Source: a virus (Duplodnaviria; Caudoviricetes). From it: DNA of 64,000 nt. Each line of letters starts with the position of its first letter. Position 1 is the stretch's first letter. Made by a program: the position numbers and the translations under genes. The stretch covers positions 1 to 64,000 of IMG/VR virus record IMGVR_UViG_3300020049_006862; one strand, 5' to 3'. Positions 40,238 to 53,900 of the stretch are shown here, piece after piece. A model generated the notes under the pieces. The model saw nothing but the letters and a program-made list of their open reading frames with translations, was not told where the DNA came from and did no database searches.

Positions 40238-41122
40238 ATGACAAAAACACAGCAAACTTGGAGAATTGTTTCATTGATTTGTGCTTCTAATCGAGAGAAG
40301 AAGCGTCCAGCATTGTTTTGCGAAGCGATATCTTTTTTGGAAGAAGAAGGATATGTGTGGGATCCAAAAAGATCGAAATGGTATACTGAACAGGATCTTT
40401 GCAAAGAAATTGTACGGCTAGTAATGCTTGGACAGGATGATTCAAGGAATAAGATCATTATGGATACCATTGTAAAAGCTTTGGATGAAGCCGAACAAGA
40501 AAGTAAAAATCTGGCGGACGCTATTCGGAGAAATGGTATTCACGTACTGCGACAAGAGCCGTATGCTGATCACGAAATCAACAGAGAACCTGTTGTTGAA
40601 AATCCGCCATACGCTGGGAACGTACTTACTACTGAAAATGTTTGGCCTTCTCTTTATCCGAATGCTCCTGAAGAACCTTACGTAGAGCCAGTTGTGGAAG
40701 AATCACCGGTAGAATACTACGAAGCAGCACAGATAAGTGAAGAACCGTTACAAATTTCGTACAAACCCGAAGAAATTATTGAAGTGGATGCTCGATTATT
40801 TGTTCGCACCAATAATATGTTGGGCGAGTTTTCAAAATGGATTATGTCTGCAGAACGTAACGTTCTTATCAGTAATCACGCATTCCTTCAGTCACAAGGA
40901 TTTCACTACGGAGACTGCGGATGGGAAAAAGTAGAAAAAGGGCCAGACAAAGAAGTCGAATCCCCGGCAGAAGCCTACTACGAGGTAGCAGATTCTGACA
41001 AAGAAATTAAATGGACGTTTGAAAACCGATATTTGAACTCTCAGTACTTGGGCGAACTCGACGGTAAAAGAATTTCACCGGAAGACGAGCTTGATCTGAC
41101 TCAAGAAACATTCACACTTTAA
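40238..41122 (+). CDS. acidic low-complexity protein
   Basis: ATG after terminator at 40167-40205; E/P/Y-rich repeats. Confidence 0.75.
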   Translation: MTKTQQTWRIVSLICASNREKKRPALFCEAISFLEEEGYVWDPKRSKWYTEQDLCKEIVRLVMLGQDDSRNKIIMDTIVKALDEAEQESKNLADAIRRNGIHVLRQEPYADHEINREPVVENPPYAGNVLTTENVWPSLYPNAPEEPYVEPVVEESPVEYYEAAQISEEPLQISYKPEEIIEVDARLFVRTNNMLGEFSKWIMSAERNVLISNHAFLQSQGFHYGDCGWEKVEKGPDKEVESPAEAYYEVADSDKEIKWTFENRYLNSQYLGELDGKRISPEDELDLTQETFTL

Positions 41123-41132
41123 AATAAACACA

Positions 41133-41474
41133 ATGGCAATCGAACTTAAAGATTACGACAAACCATTCATCATTGTTCTTCCAGACCCGTTCTCAGAATA
41201 CGGATATTTGGTAGCATCAATCTTATTTCCCGTTGCTTGGGAAGATCCAGACCTGAAACCTGAAGGAGACAAAATTGCTCCTTTGGAAGAATGCGGGCAG
41301 ATTGAATACATGGGAAGAACGGACGAAGAGAACTTTGTACTTTATGCTCTCACTACACTTGATGAAGATCGAATTCCTCAAACCAACACATACGAAACCA
41401 GAGAAGAGGCTTTGGAAGCCGCTACGAACGTTATTCGTAACCTCGGTTACACTGGCGAAATCCTGGAGAAGTAA
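41133..41474 (+). CDS. acidic hypothetical protein
   Basis: 113-aa ORF. Confidence 0.7.
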   Translation: MAIELKDYDKPFIIVLPDPFSEYGYLVASILFPVAWEDPDLKPEGDKIAPLEECGQIEYMGRTDEENFVLYALTTLDEDRIPQTNTYETREEALEAATNVIRNLGYTGEILEK

Positions 41475-41824
41475 TGGACTTGGAAACAGCGTTAGCATCA
41501 ATTAACGATGAGAGTCTCTGGGACCTCGTGGATTACCTCGAATGCCAGACAAAGATAACTACTCCTCCAGCACTACATGCTTTAGTGGAATTAACCTACG
41601 GATGCGAAGAAATGAGCAATGCTTGGGACATTGCTCAGGAAGTTTTTGGAGAGCCGGTAGAAAATTGTAAATTTTGTCCTATTGTCCACCCAATGATAGA
41701 AAGATTAAAACCTGTAGTCATTGAATGGATAAAAACTGTAGACTGGGGATCTGAAAAAGAAGCATTTGAGCAAGAAGACGACGAAGAACGCGAACGAAAC
41801 GCATCGGAGGGCGGAACACAATGA
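41474..41824 (+). CDS. acidic hypothetical protein
   Basis: TAATG coupled. Confidence 0.7.
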   Translation: MDLETALASINDESLWDLVDYLECQTKITTPPALHALVELTYGCEEMSNAWDIAQEVFGEPVENCKFCPIVHPMIERLKPVVIEWIKTVDWGSEKEAFEQEDDEERERNASEGGTQ

Positions 41825-41941
41825 AATATGGTCGAATTCCAATTTCACGAGAGCTAATTAGAAATAATCAGCTCTTTTTCGGGTTGATCTGGAATTACCA
41901 ATGGAATGACCTTCGAGAAGTTCAATTCTATTTAACCCAAT

Positions 41942-41987
41942 AAAAAAGGGGTACCCTGGCGAAAGCCGGAGTACCCCTTATTTTTTT
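41942..41987. terminator. bidirectional terminator at the convergence of the two transcription arms
   Basis: A6-GGGGTAC-CCTGGC-gaaa-GCCGGA-GTACCCC-TTA-T7. Confidence 0.85.
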
Positions 41988-41994
41988 GACCTAG

Positions 41995-44900
41995 TTAGGG
42001 TCGTATCTGAATATCCTGTTCTGTTGCATTCTCGATAAACTTATTGATATCGTAAGCAGCAGATAAAAGAACTATGTGTCTTTGTAACTGATTGATTCCT
42101 CGGAAATCTCCATCCTTAGTAAATGCTCGTTCATCTCCAGCTACGTAATAAGCAGAGCCTATAAACATATCTGAAAGAGCAGTAGATAATCCCCATGCTT
42201 GCCTTGCTGTTGCTGGCCAAGCATTGTTCGAAAGAGTATCCTTCATTACTGCGTACACGTTCCAACTCTGAGAGTAATTCTCCATAATTCTACGGTAATA
42301 TTTTCTCCAAGAGTTATCGTCGTCTGCGCCAGCAAAGAGTAGTAAGTACCCGCCCATAATTAATCCTATGGTGGCCATTGTAACTATAAAGTCTACAACT
42401 ACTTCTCGCTGATATTCGGAAAGCTCATCCCACTTGTATGCCTCGTTAGAATACTTATTAAGTCCAAGTCTAGAAAGAAGTTTAAAAGCTTTTGAGTCAG
42501 TAGGAACATCCCATCTAAGTGGGAGCAATGAACCTAATAATCCAGTAAGTACTCTCCATCGTCCTTCCATAACTCTGGCGTGCCAAGTATAAACATCCTC
42601 TGTTCCCTCGAGCTTTTTGTAGTAGCCCCAAGTCTCAATGGTACCTTTAGTTGCGAACATATTCTTAAGTAAGTTCGGAATGAACTTCTTAAACTGTAAG
42701 AACAGTTCACCTAAAAGATAGTACTCAAGATGTGTGCGTTCATCTGGACGATATCCACCATTGATATATTCGTATACATAATACATGCGACGTATTTCAT
42801 TAGTATCAAGTTCGCCAAGTTCTCTAAGAGAGCCGTCAGGATTTTGAATCTTACCTCTTATATGGCCATCTCAACGTACATCTTTGTAGGTAACGCCTGA
42901 AGCATCGACTACATCTTCTACGTTGTATCTATCCCATAAAGACTTACCAGCAGTTTTCATTCGTCTCATCTGTGCTGCCATAGTTATCAGAGCAATTCCT
43001 TCTTCTGGAATTCTGTGAAACATGTACATAGTAGAAGAGGAGAACATATGATTACGAGTAGTCTTATACTGAGTAGAGTCAAGCGACCAATCATAAGCAT
43101 TAGGCATGTAGTTAAACTTCTTAGCAAGAAGGAACATCTTGTTCTCTCTAAGTTTACCCATCATAGCATCTTTCTGCATGTTAAAGTATTCTTTACTGGC
43201 CCAAGCAACGTCTCTTACTGTAAAAGAAACTTGATCACCGTCTACACCAAACATTGGAGCACCAGTGCTAAGACTGCCTTTTAGCCCTTCTTTAAGAAGA
43301 ACCATGTAAGTAAAGACACCATTAGCCGTGCCAGCAAGAGGTTTTAGCCACATGATAGGGGCAGCCGCAGCTGACTTCAGGGATCGAATAGTCTTAATCC
43401 AGTTAATTCTATTCATACCCCCAAACTCGTTTCTGAGACCACTTTCTTGCCTATGTTGTAAAGGTTTAGTAAGTTGCCATTTACGTCCTCGAACTTGCAT
43501 TTCTATCGCTGTTTCTAAGTACTTAATAGTATTAGAGTAATCTACTCCAGTACGATTATCACCTTTAAGTTGTAGATAGAACTGCATAGCTTTACCAATT
43601 GTATAGATATTATCTAACTCATCTTTATAGATTAAGTTACGCATCATCTTATCAAATTGAGCTTCAGCATTGAGCGAATAGTTCTCAGAAGAATCTATAT
43701 ACTTGTTACCGAGATACTTGATAGGAATCGCTTCTACTTCATTGAAAGTTTCTTCGTACGTATCTTCTACATGAAGAGTGAAATTCTGTTTAATGAATTC
43801 CTCGCGATAAGACTTATTAAGTATAGTCCCATGTTCTTCAAGCATTTTATACGTTTTAGGAAACCACCCGTCGTAGTGCTCGTACTTTTCGTATCCTTTA
43901 AATAAACGCTGTTTGTTCGTCAGATCTAAGTTACTTAAGATAACATTAGAAACATCTCCTCTATCAATAGCTATACCAACAGTAGCAGCTTTCCCACCTA
44001 CTTTTGTAAGTTCAGCTTTATAGTGCTTGTTCATGTAGTCTACTAATTTGCGTCGAGTTTCCCACTCACCAAGTTCCGGGTAAGCTATTTTAGCTTGTGC
44101 CCATTCCTGCTCAGTAGTGCGCATCTTCTTACCTAAGTTCTCACCTGTTGATGCATCTATTCTATCAGTATACATCCATTCCCAAATCCGAGTAGAAGAA
44201 TATAAGTTCAGCTTCCCTTTTAATCCCGGAATATATTCAGTAATAGATTTACCGTGCGCTTTCTCGTAATCTGAGACAATGACATCACGCATTTCCATAA
44301 ATGGTCTCCATATCGCATTATATCTATCGTTAGCTTTCTGCTTTGCTTCCTTCAAGTTCTTATCAAAGTATTGGAGATAAGCTGATTTCATGTTAGCATT
44401 AGAGCCTAACCATAAAGACATAGTACTGATATCTTGAACACCTACTAAGCCGCCTTCAATCTTATCCTGATATTTAAGTATCTTGTCGAATAACTCGGCA
44501 GCTTTATTTACGTTAAGCGTTTTCTGTTCAGAGAATTGTTTCTCGTGATCATACAACACCAAAGCACGAAGTTGCTCCATATCAGTTTCAAGCTGAGCTT
44601 TGATAGCTCTATCTTGAAGAACACTCTTAGCGGCAGTAGTAGAGGAAGCATCGTATTCTTTAGGATCAAAAAGTTTTCTGAAGTTTTCTTTACTCATCTT
44701 AGATTGAAGGTAGTCGTACATCGACTTATCTCCTTTCTTCATTTCGTACTTCATTACCTTTTCAATCATCTCTAAGAACGGTTTAACTTCTACCTTAGCT
44801 CTATGGTCATACAACAGGGCATTCTCTTTAGAAGGAACCCAAGCTATCTTAAGATCTCTAAATCGTACATCTGGCTTTTCAGTCTTAAGTAAGAAAGCAT

Positions 44901-47900
44901 AAAGCATAACCTGCAACTTTGCCATATTACGAGGAGACTGGCTAATTAGCATATCTTCAGAAGAGCCCCAACGAAGGATCATATTGTTAGTTTCCTTGTT
45001 GAATCCCCAACCTGATTTCATCTCAATTAAAGAAAGAAGATTGTCTGGGTGATACACCATGATATCCACAGTACCAGCCATATCAAGTAGAGAAGAGTGC
45101 ACCGTGAATTCAGGCACAATTCTATCCTTGTCTTCTTCCGGCACCGCATCAAAAGTATTGACTCCCATCTTTCGATAGATGTCCTTGTAAAAGTCATTCT
45201 CCGTCACCCACTTGTAAGTGCCTTCAGGAAGATTTCCTTTAATCTCAAGATCAGATATCCTTTGTCGAATCTTAGCTTGTTCCTCTTCACTTTGAGTAAC
45301 TGCTAGCTGCATGTATGCGTGCATCAAAGAACCCTTAGATTGAAGTTCATTTTGCTGTCCGCGAAGGATTGCTTCATATTCTTCTTCTGTAAGATTAGTT
45401 CCCCGATCAGTATTTCTGCGTGTACCTTTCTCAGCTCCCTCAAACCATTTCGCCGCTTGAGTAGAGGCCCAGTCATAGGCATCATCAGTAAAAGGTCTTG
45501 GTCTAAAGAAGTTAAGAGCACCACTTACAGCTTCATTTATGCGAGTAAGTTGTTCACCGCCTTTGATATAAAACTTAGAGTCTTCTGAAGGAAGAGAAGC
45601 AGTATTCGAGTATTCTTTCAAATCCTGTAATCCAGGAGGGTCGTTAGGATTTCTCTCTACTGCGAAGTATACATCCTTAGTTTCAGAATCAGCTGTTTCT
45701 ACTTTATGTACGTATTCTTTGTAAGAGTTTCCTTTTGCGTCTACAGAATCTTTCTCTTCAACTTCAAGAACTCTTACAATACGAGCTTGAGTTCTAAAAA
45801 CATCTAAAGCATTATATATGTAGAATTTTTCTCCGACATCAATTTTTACTCTTAAACTAACATCATTAAGAGCGGGGTTACGTACCTGATGAGTCATGTA
45901 CTCAAAGCCGTAGCGTTCTTTCAGAGGTCTAACCTTGATTGCGAATTCAAAGTCCTCTATTCTAAGATCAGGAACCATAACATGAGTTTCTCTAGCAGCA
46001 ATTCGTTTGTACAAAGCGCGAGCTATTGGAATTCCTTCTTTTGTAACTCCGGCTACTGTACCCATTAGTACGTATAAAGTATTGTCTACTCTGCGCTCCT
46101 CACGATCTCTAAACTCGGTTCTGAACCATTTCATAGGTTCCGGCATCTCACCTTTTTCGTTGAGCTTAAGCTCAATTTCACGGTCAAAATAACCCACACC
46201 TTCTTCAAACCCAGCGTAAGGGGAATTAAACTTCTTGGTATTCTGAGGTCTTTCTACAAACTGAACTCTGTTTCTAGCTCTTATTGAAGTATCCGCTACC
46301 TGAACTTTCTTTATGTTAGTTATCATTAAGTTAAGTTCGAAGTTGTCAGCTATTTGGTCAATACGCTCGGTTCCTTTTACTACTAATAAGTTATATTGAG
46401 AATCTTGGTCAGTAATCTTATCGTAAGGGATCTTAGAAGAAAGAGAAGAACTCTTAAATTTCAAACCCTCAAAGATCATTGCAAAATCTACAATAGCATC
46501 TTGAATAGTAGTATCGTTTCCTTCAGGATCAAAAGTAAATTTCTTCGTCTCCTTATTCCAAACAAACTTCGATAGTTCATAGAAGTTTTCACGGAGCTCT
46601 TGGAGATCATCAAACAGCACTTTGCCTAAGCCTGTAAGCCTAGCTTGAGTTAAGTCTCCAAAAGAAGCTATCTCAGTAGATTCTACAAGTCTATTCAACT
46701 CTTTCAAACCAAGTCTAGAAGCTCTTACGTCTTCAGTCCTTGCAGCCGTAATATACTCTTTTAAGAGTTTAGCATAATACATAGGCCCATATTCGTAGCT
46801 CCGTGCAGCAGGATCATAGATCTTAGGGTCGTGGAGTTTCTCATACATAACAGCAGAAGCAAAGTACTTACTCAACTCTTCGAGTAAGGTCGCCTTGTCC
46901 ATTTTGTTTTCCCCCCAACTATCAAAGTGCGGCAGTAATCTGGTAACCATAGACATATACTTAGGCCCGTAGATCTGTACATTAGTAGAAATAGTATACA
47001 TCAAATTATTGTGTATATCTATAGAAGCCCCGATGTGAGGATTCTCTTGTACGAAAAGAGGAGCATCAAAAGCAAATGAATCACGGAGAACTGCTTTACT
47101 AGTGTTACCTTCAAAAGGAGATCTAGTATCAGAAGTAGGTAATTTCTGCTGCTGGATACCTGTAAATATTCCTCCAAGTTTGGTATCTAATTTTACGATG
47201 TCCGTAACAGTAGAAGGAAAGCTTCTAAGAATTTTTAAGGATGTAGCAAGTTCACCTATATCTTCACCAATCAAGTGCGCTTTCTGGTAAATCTCAAGAG
47301 CAGCTATTCGTTCAGCTATACTACCTTCGCCTTTAACTACTGCGGCAAGTCCAGTATCACTTAGTAAAGGAATCTCTTCCCCTTCTTTAAGTTGTTTTCT
47401 CAAAGCAGCAATCTGATCTTTAATTTCTTTCTGCTGATTATAAACATTAAACTTGTTAATGTCCTTAATCTCAGGAAGTTGTAAGATCTTAACTGCTTCG
47501 TATAACGGCATACCTAAAGCAAGCATAGCTACAAGAACATTACCTGTCTTAATATTGATACCCAGAGGATATAAACCTTTCTCTTTCAAGTTGTCAATAG
47601 CAAGGTTTACAAGTCCGTCTAAGTATTGCCAAGAAGAGTGGCCAGATTGTAGGTCTTCATTCTGAAGCTGGTTAAAGTCGAGTACTTTACCTCCTACTTC
47701 CATTTGCCAGGCAAGTTCTGGTTTAACGAAAGGTCTTCCTTTATCAGGAGAACCTGTTGCCAAATAACCTAGAGCTTTCATAGCATTAGCAAAAATACCT
47801 GTAAGTCTAGCACCATCTTGCATAGAAGCGAAGGCTGTGTACCTGTTATTAACAAGAGACAAGTCAGTATCAATTCCTAAACTAGAATCAATTCCATCTT

Positions 47901-50900
47901 GACGAAGTTTATATAAAGCAGATTCTGGATTCTCGGGATTATTAAAGACTGACATAGTAATAGGAACGAGAACTCGATCCCTATTCTTAGGATCAGTAAT
48001 AATTGAAAGAACATTCTCGATGATGATTGCCTTAGCAAACTTCTGTTGAATTTCTTTCCAAGCCTTTTCTACCAGTGCCCTTTCTTTCGTATTCCGTTCG
48101 TCAATACCAGCAAGTTTCAGATCGAAGTACATCTGATACTCACTGTATAGTTCTTTCTTAAAGACATATTTACCACCTTTCTTTTCGTAGCCTACATAGT
48201 CAGTAGCAATGTCCCCAAGTAATAATTTCTCACCTTTGGTGAATTTCTCACGAACTACTACAGTAAGAGTATCAACGTCAAAATCAGATCCGTGTAAGTA
48301 TACTACCTGAAACGGAACAATAATTACATTAGTGTCTTGAGAATCATAAATACCTACTACCTTAAGTGGAATAGCTGAGTGAAGTTCAGTCGAAGGGAGG
48401 CGGAAACCAAACATGTCAGCAGTAAGGAATATTTCTTCGCCGCGTCTAACAGCAGCTTCAAGTTCTGGATCAAGCATTCCTTTAGGAACAAAAGATTCAG
48501 CATAATAGCTGTTAGCTGTTTTGACGTATCTAAGTGGTTTATCTCTCTTAGGAAAATTAGGATTATTATACTTTCCAGTATACTCCTCTGCCTGAAGCAC
48601 AAGTTTAGCGCCTTTGAATTTCACAGCGACGGTAAACTTCTCCATGATAGCGGAGAGCTGTGAAATTACCTTAGGAGCTACAAGAGGATTCATAAATGAA
48701 ATACCAGCCTTAAGCAAGTCTTGTACTACTTCAGAACCTGGAGAAGTAAGGGAACTAGTCAACTTACGACGCAAGTCAGTTTCGTTAAACTCATCCAATC
48801 CTTCTCTGAATAAGAAGTTCAAAGCTCTGTATACTTCAGTAGCAGCTTCAGTGTTAGTTTCTAAGATGTTTAGGAAGTAGGTTAACTGGGTAAAGAGTGA
48901 CACCTTCTTATCCACCTTAGCTTTAGCATTGAACTGTAATTTGTAGTCAGCATTGTTCAAACTAAGAACAGAAAGAGGATTAGCCTCTACATTACCTAAA
49001 CCATCTACTGTATTCATAGCTCCTGCAGGAGGATTACCTACCTTCAAAGCACTATTAAATACCAGCTCATCCAGCTCATTCTTAGTCATGTACTCATTTA
49101 CCTTCTGGAATTCAGGGAAATTATCTATAAGTTCTTTTGAAAGGACTACAGAAGAATACTTAACATAAGCTGGTCGAGGTTCCATTACATTCTCTGAATC
49201 TTCACCGGCAGTTGTTTCTTGAATAGAGTTACCGAAATAAACTGGTTTGTTTACCTTACCAAGTCCGTAAGCAGCACCGTAACCATTGTGTAAATCAGCC
49301 CATCTTTGAGCAGACATAAATCCTTGAGCATCGGTAGATTTGAAATCTTCGAAGAATCCTAACATCTCTTCTAATCTCTCAGGAGTAATATCTGGAATCA
49401 GATCTTTTAAGAAAGCTTCAATAACAGCCTTACCCCTCTTACGGTCATTGATTACGCCCATTCTAAACTTCTCTTTCATCCCTCCAACAGACTCGCCCAC
49501 TAAAGGAGATTTACCTGGAGCAAGAATACCGGCCATACGCTTGACGATATCATCTTCACTTTTGTAAAGATTATAAGGTCCAGTGAATAACTGATTAAGG
49601 TGGTAAGAATTGACATACTCATTCATTACGAAAAGAGTGACCAATGGTTGATAGTACTTAGCTATTTCCTCTTCGTTATACTTAGGATTAGACTTCCTAA
49701 CAGCTATGGATTTAGGTAAAGTATCTGGAACTTTTAATTCCTGTCTGAGCTGCGCCCCGACAGATTTAATTCCAAATATAGAACCATATAATGCTTCAAT
49801 ATTAGGAGCAAATTCAGCATTGTTATCGAGAAGCTGATTCATGTATTCAACTGCCTTAAGCTCTAATTGAGACATAATGTTGTCTACCAAAGCGTCTTCG
49901 GTAGCATTTTCTCCTAGCTGTTCAACAGCTTTATCGTACAAAGAGAACATTAAGTTCTTCTTCTTAGTTACACCAAGAATAGAAGAAAGATTTAACGGAG
50001 TTTTAACCTGTCTTACAGCTGCTTTTAAACCTTCTTTTACTTGAGCCTTGGTTAACACGTTAACTTCTACACCTGGAATACGCGGCTTATCTGACGGCTG
50101 GTATAAGAAGTTTATATACTTACCATTCGAATTACTACGTAACATATCTAAAAAAGCAAAAGAGAACGCGCGCGATTCGAAGTGCGCAGAATTCTCATTA
50201 GTAAATGTCTTTACAGTGCCGGTAGATTTATTATTAGAAGAATCGTGCTCAGCGTGTCCGTGTATCTTGTTAATACCTTTAACAAAGATGTTGTTCGAGA
50301 AGAAATCAGTCTCTAAATGTTCAGGCCTATTTTCAGCCATAAACTCTAAACGACCAGTTGAACCTAAAACTTCTGAGTCTTTAGATTTAGTAAAGTATTC
50401 TACAATCTTATAAAAATAAGACGAAGCAGAAAACTTATACATAGAGTTCTTGTCACCATTAAGAATTGAAGTCGGTCGAAGAGAGAGGCTTTGTTCTTTA
50501 GCAAGCTTAGATAAAGCAGCCATGAGAGAGAAGGAATCATTCAAAAATTCATCTAAATCTTCAGCTGGTTTAAGCTGCATCGCTCTCTTAGTAAAGAAAC
50601 CAAACTCAGTAATAACATTAAGAACTGTAGAGTTCCTATTCATATTAGGTTTGATTGGTTCAAATACATCAGTAAGCTTAAACGCTTTGATATAAAGGTT
50701 AGCAGCTCTAGCTGGATCAACAGCTTTCAGTCTTTCGGCTTCTTTCACATCTTCAGAAAGAGCAACCGAAGCAAACCCTTGTTTAAGATGTATAGCTTCA
50801 AGATTAGCTCTAACATAAGAAAGATAAGATTTTTCTATACCATATCCAGATGCTTCTACATAGCTGAACTTCATTCCTGTCTCAGGATCTTTCTTACTCG

Positions 50901-53900
50901 GTACAGGTACGAAGCGCTTAACAGCAATCATATATCTCTTCTCAACAAGTGATCCAATACTATTCTTAAGTTCGCGCAAAGTGTTACGAGCATTAGCCGC
51001 AGCCATTTGTTCGTTAAACTCCTTAATATTAGTTACTATACCATCAGCAAGAAGCTTCTTATACAAAGACCGATAAGATCCGATGTGATTGTAGATGTAC
51101 TCAGCATTTTGAAGTTTAGGAGAAGCGTAGCTTTCGTTCACTAAGTTAGCATCTTTTACTACACGAATTCTAGAACCATTAAACTTAGACTCTATAATGT
51201 GAAATCTTACAGAAGGATTCTTTTGTGCTCCTTGAGCATCATGTACCAATTGATCTAACTTAGCCATAATAACCTTATCAAGACTTGCAAACTGTCCATC
51301 ATTTGCTCTCTTTTGCTTCTGCCAATTGTCTAAATTATTAAGATCAAAGTTTTCGAGAATAAGTTGAGTTGCTACTACAAAAGTATGCGATGGGTGAATG
51401 TACTTATCTTTTGAAGCAAGGTTAGAAGGCTTGAATGGATTAGGTAAGAAGCTTAGAAACTCTTTGATCGAATCACTAAGTCTAGCCTCTTCATCCACCA
51501 AAGATGAATCTTCAGTCTCATTCTTAAGTCCTTCAGAGTCTGAAGCAGTATCATTAAGAACAAAGCTTTCGAGTTCGGAGAAGAACTCAATTTCTTCTTT
51601 ACCTATTACTGATGCATTAGGATAAACAAGTTCTAAGAGAGTAAAGAACAGTTCTTTTCCTTCTTTATCTTGTTTAAGTAGCGCATCCAGTGCGGACAAA
51701 CTCTTATGCTCTATTTCAGTTTTACCCTCTTTACGCGCTAAAGTTCTTCTCTGATTCTTCAAACTATCTAAGGCAGAAGTAATCATCTCTTCTTTGGAAA
51801 GCATAAGCTTTGTTTCAGAGAGGAAGTTACCTTCTACGTGATTATTCAAGAAAGCATGAAGAGCATCGTACATCAAGTTCCGAGCAATGCGGAAGTTAAT
51901 TACGCTACCAAAGTTAGCTTGCATAAATGCGGCAGTCTTAACATTCATGTTAGGAGCACTGAACTTATAGTCTTCATTCTTTGGCATTTCGTTCAAGTTA
52001 TCTACAAAGCCTTTCCAATTAGCGTTTACAAAAGTAGTCAAGGCCTCAATACGATTACGAAGTAAGTCAACCATGATAGGAAGATCCTTTTCGTACGTAA
52101 TAAGTTCAGCTAACACCTTCTGCATTTCTATTGCACCTGCGTTACGGCCAATCATTCCTTTGTTAGCAAGCTGTACGAACAATTGATTCTTCTCTTCTAT
52201 GGTAAGAACCTTGTTCCACATAGAATTGATTACCTCAAGAAGTACTCCTTCATAGTATAAAGGAAGTCTGTTAATAGCAGCCTTGGCTAATGCTTGAAAA
52301 GGTTTCATAATCGATCTAAACTTAGAAGGGTCTGGTCCTTTGGGAAACTCTTGAGCATACTTGAATACATCTTTAGTAACTGATTCAGATGTAGTGGCTT
52401 CAGGGAATAGAGCCTGAAGTACAGTCTTACCTCCTTCAGGAGTATATTCACGTATCTCTTGAATAATATCTATTGCTGATTTCTCAAGTGCCCAGAATTC
52501 ATCGCCAGTTTGATCTTGAATCATTTCTTGTTGAAACTTCGCTAATTCAGCAATCTTTGTTGATTTTTCTGAATCGCTAAGATCGGTAGATGCTATTATC
52601 TCTTTAGCCTGTTCAAGTAAAATAGGATCTGTAAAGGTTGCTACTAAATCAAACGAAAGAGTAACTGGAGCAGTAGTTGTTGAAGGATCTAAGTATAATT
52701 TCAGAGCAGCTAAAGTCATGTCATAAACATTACTCTCACTTAAACCTAAGAATTCAAAAATAGCTTGTAATACTCTAGAAAGTAAATTACTATTCTTAAC
52801 AGGAATAGCTGATGCTACTTCAGCAAACTTAGGATTAGAAAGGTTAGCTACAAACTCTGCAATCGGAAATATAGCTTCATTATCCTTAGCTCCTTTAGGA
52901 ATCTCAGTACCTTGCATGATTGTCTCCAAATCAAGATTGTTAGTTTTTACGTACTGTAAAAATATGTCTCTCAATTCAGTTAAACGCTCTTTCAATTCTT
53001 GCTCTTTTTGAGTAGGTTTAGGATTCTGAAGAGCCTTTATAGTTGCTGCATGTGTTAATTCGTGAGCATAGATTTCTCCAAATTTTAAGAAAGACTTTGC
53101 CGGGTTATAAACAATTATAACATTCTTACCGTCCACAAATGTTACAGCCGAGAAATCCTCAGGCATGGAATTGACATCAAGAACAGGTGTCATGAATACA
53201 TTTGTAAAATCAGCCACAGCTAATGTTTTAGCTAATTCCTGCCCAGATTCAAGTTGAGAGGCATTACCTTCTGCCTTTACTTCTGCGTCGAATTGTAAGT
53301 TAATTAAAGTTTTTCCTCACTGAGACAGATTTGATTCTAGAAATCTTGCACCTCCTCCGATAGTCGTAATAATTGGCAACTCTCAGTTCTGAAAGTTAGA
53401 CCAGCCTTTGAGTTTTATTTCGATACGAATATCGCCTTTCCCTGTTTGAATATTTCCTAACTCTACATTAGGAATATTTCTCTCAAATCATTCAGTCAGA
53501 ATAGTCTTTAAACTTTTACCTTCGATTGGCACATAATCGAAGGTTACTTTTTTAGTATCATTGTCATATCCTATTTCAAAGAAGTCTTGTATTTCTTCTG
53601 GTATAAGCTCGTTCCCAACTTTGCTAAGTTCTTCCTGTCTTCTCCTTTCTATGTCATCTATTTTAGCATTATCTACTATTGGTTTAGCTATTGAGATAGA
53701 TCCTGAATAAAGAGTAGGATCAACCTGAGTTAAATTATTCTTATCGTAATTCTTACGTATAGGAGTAACAACTTTAGGTTTAGCTGGTTCAGAAGGAATA
53801 GTACTAAGACCTACAGTAGTAGGAGTAACTTTCTGAAGCCTTGAATGCATCAAAGAAGAAAGACGATCAATACCTTTAATGTTAGTTCCTTTTGCTACGT

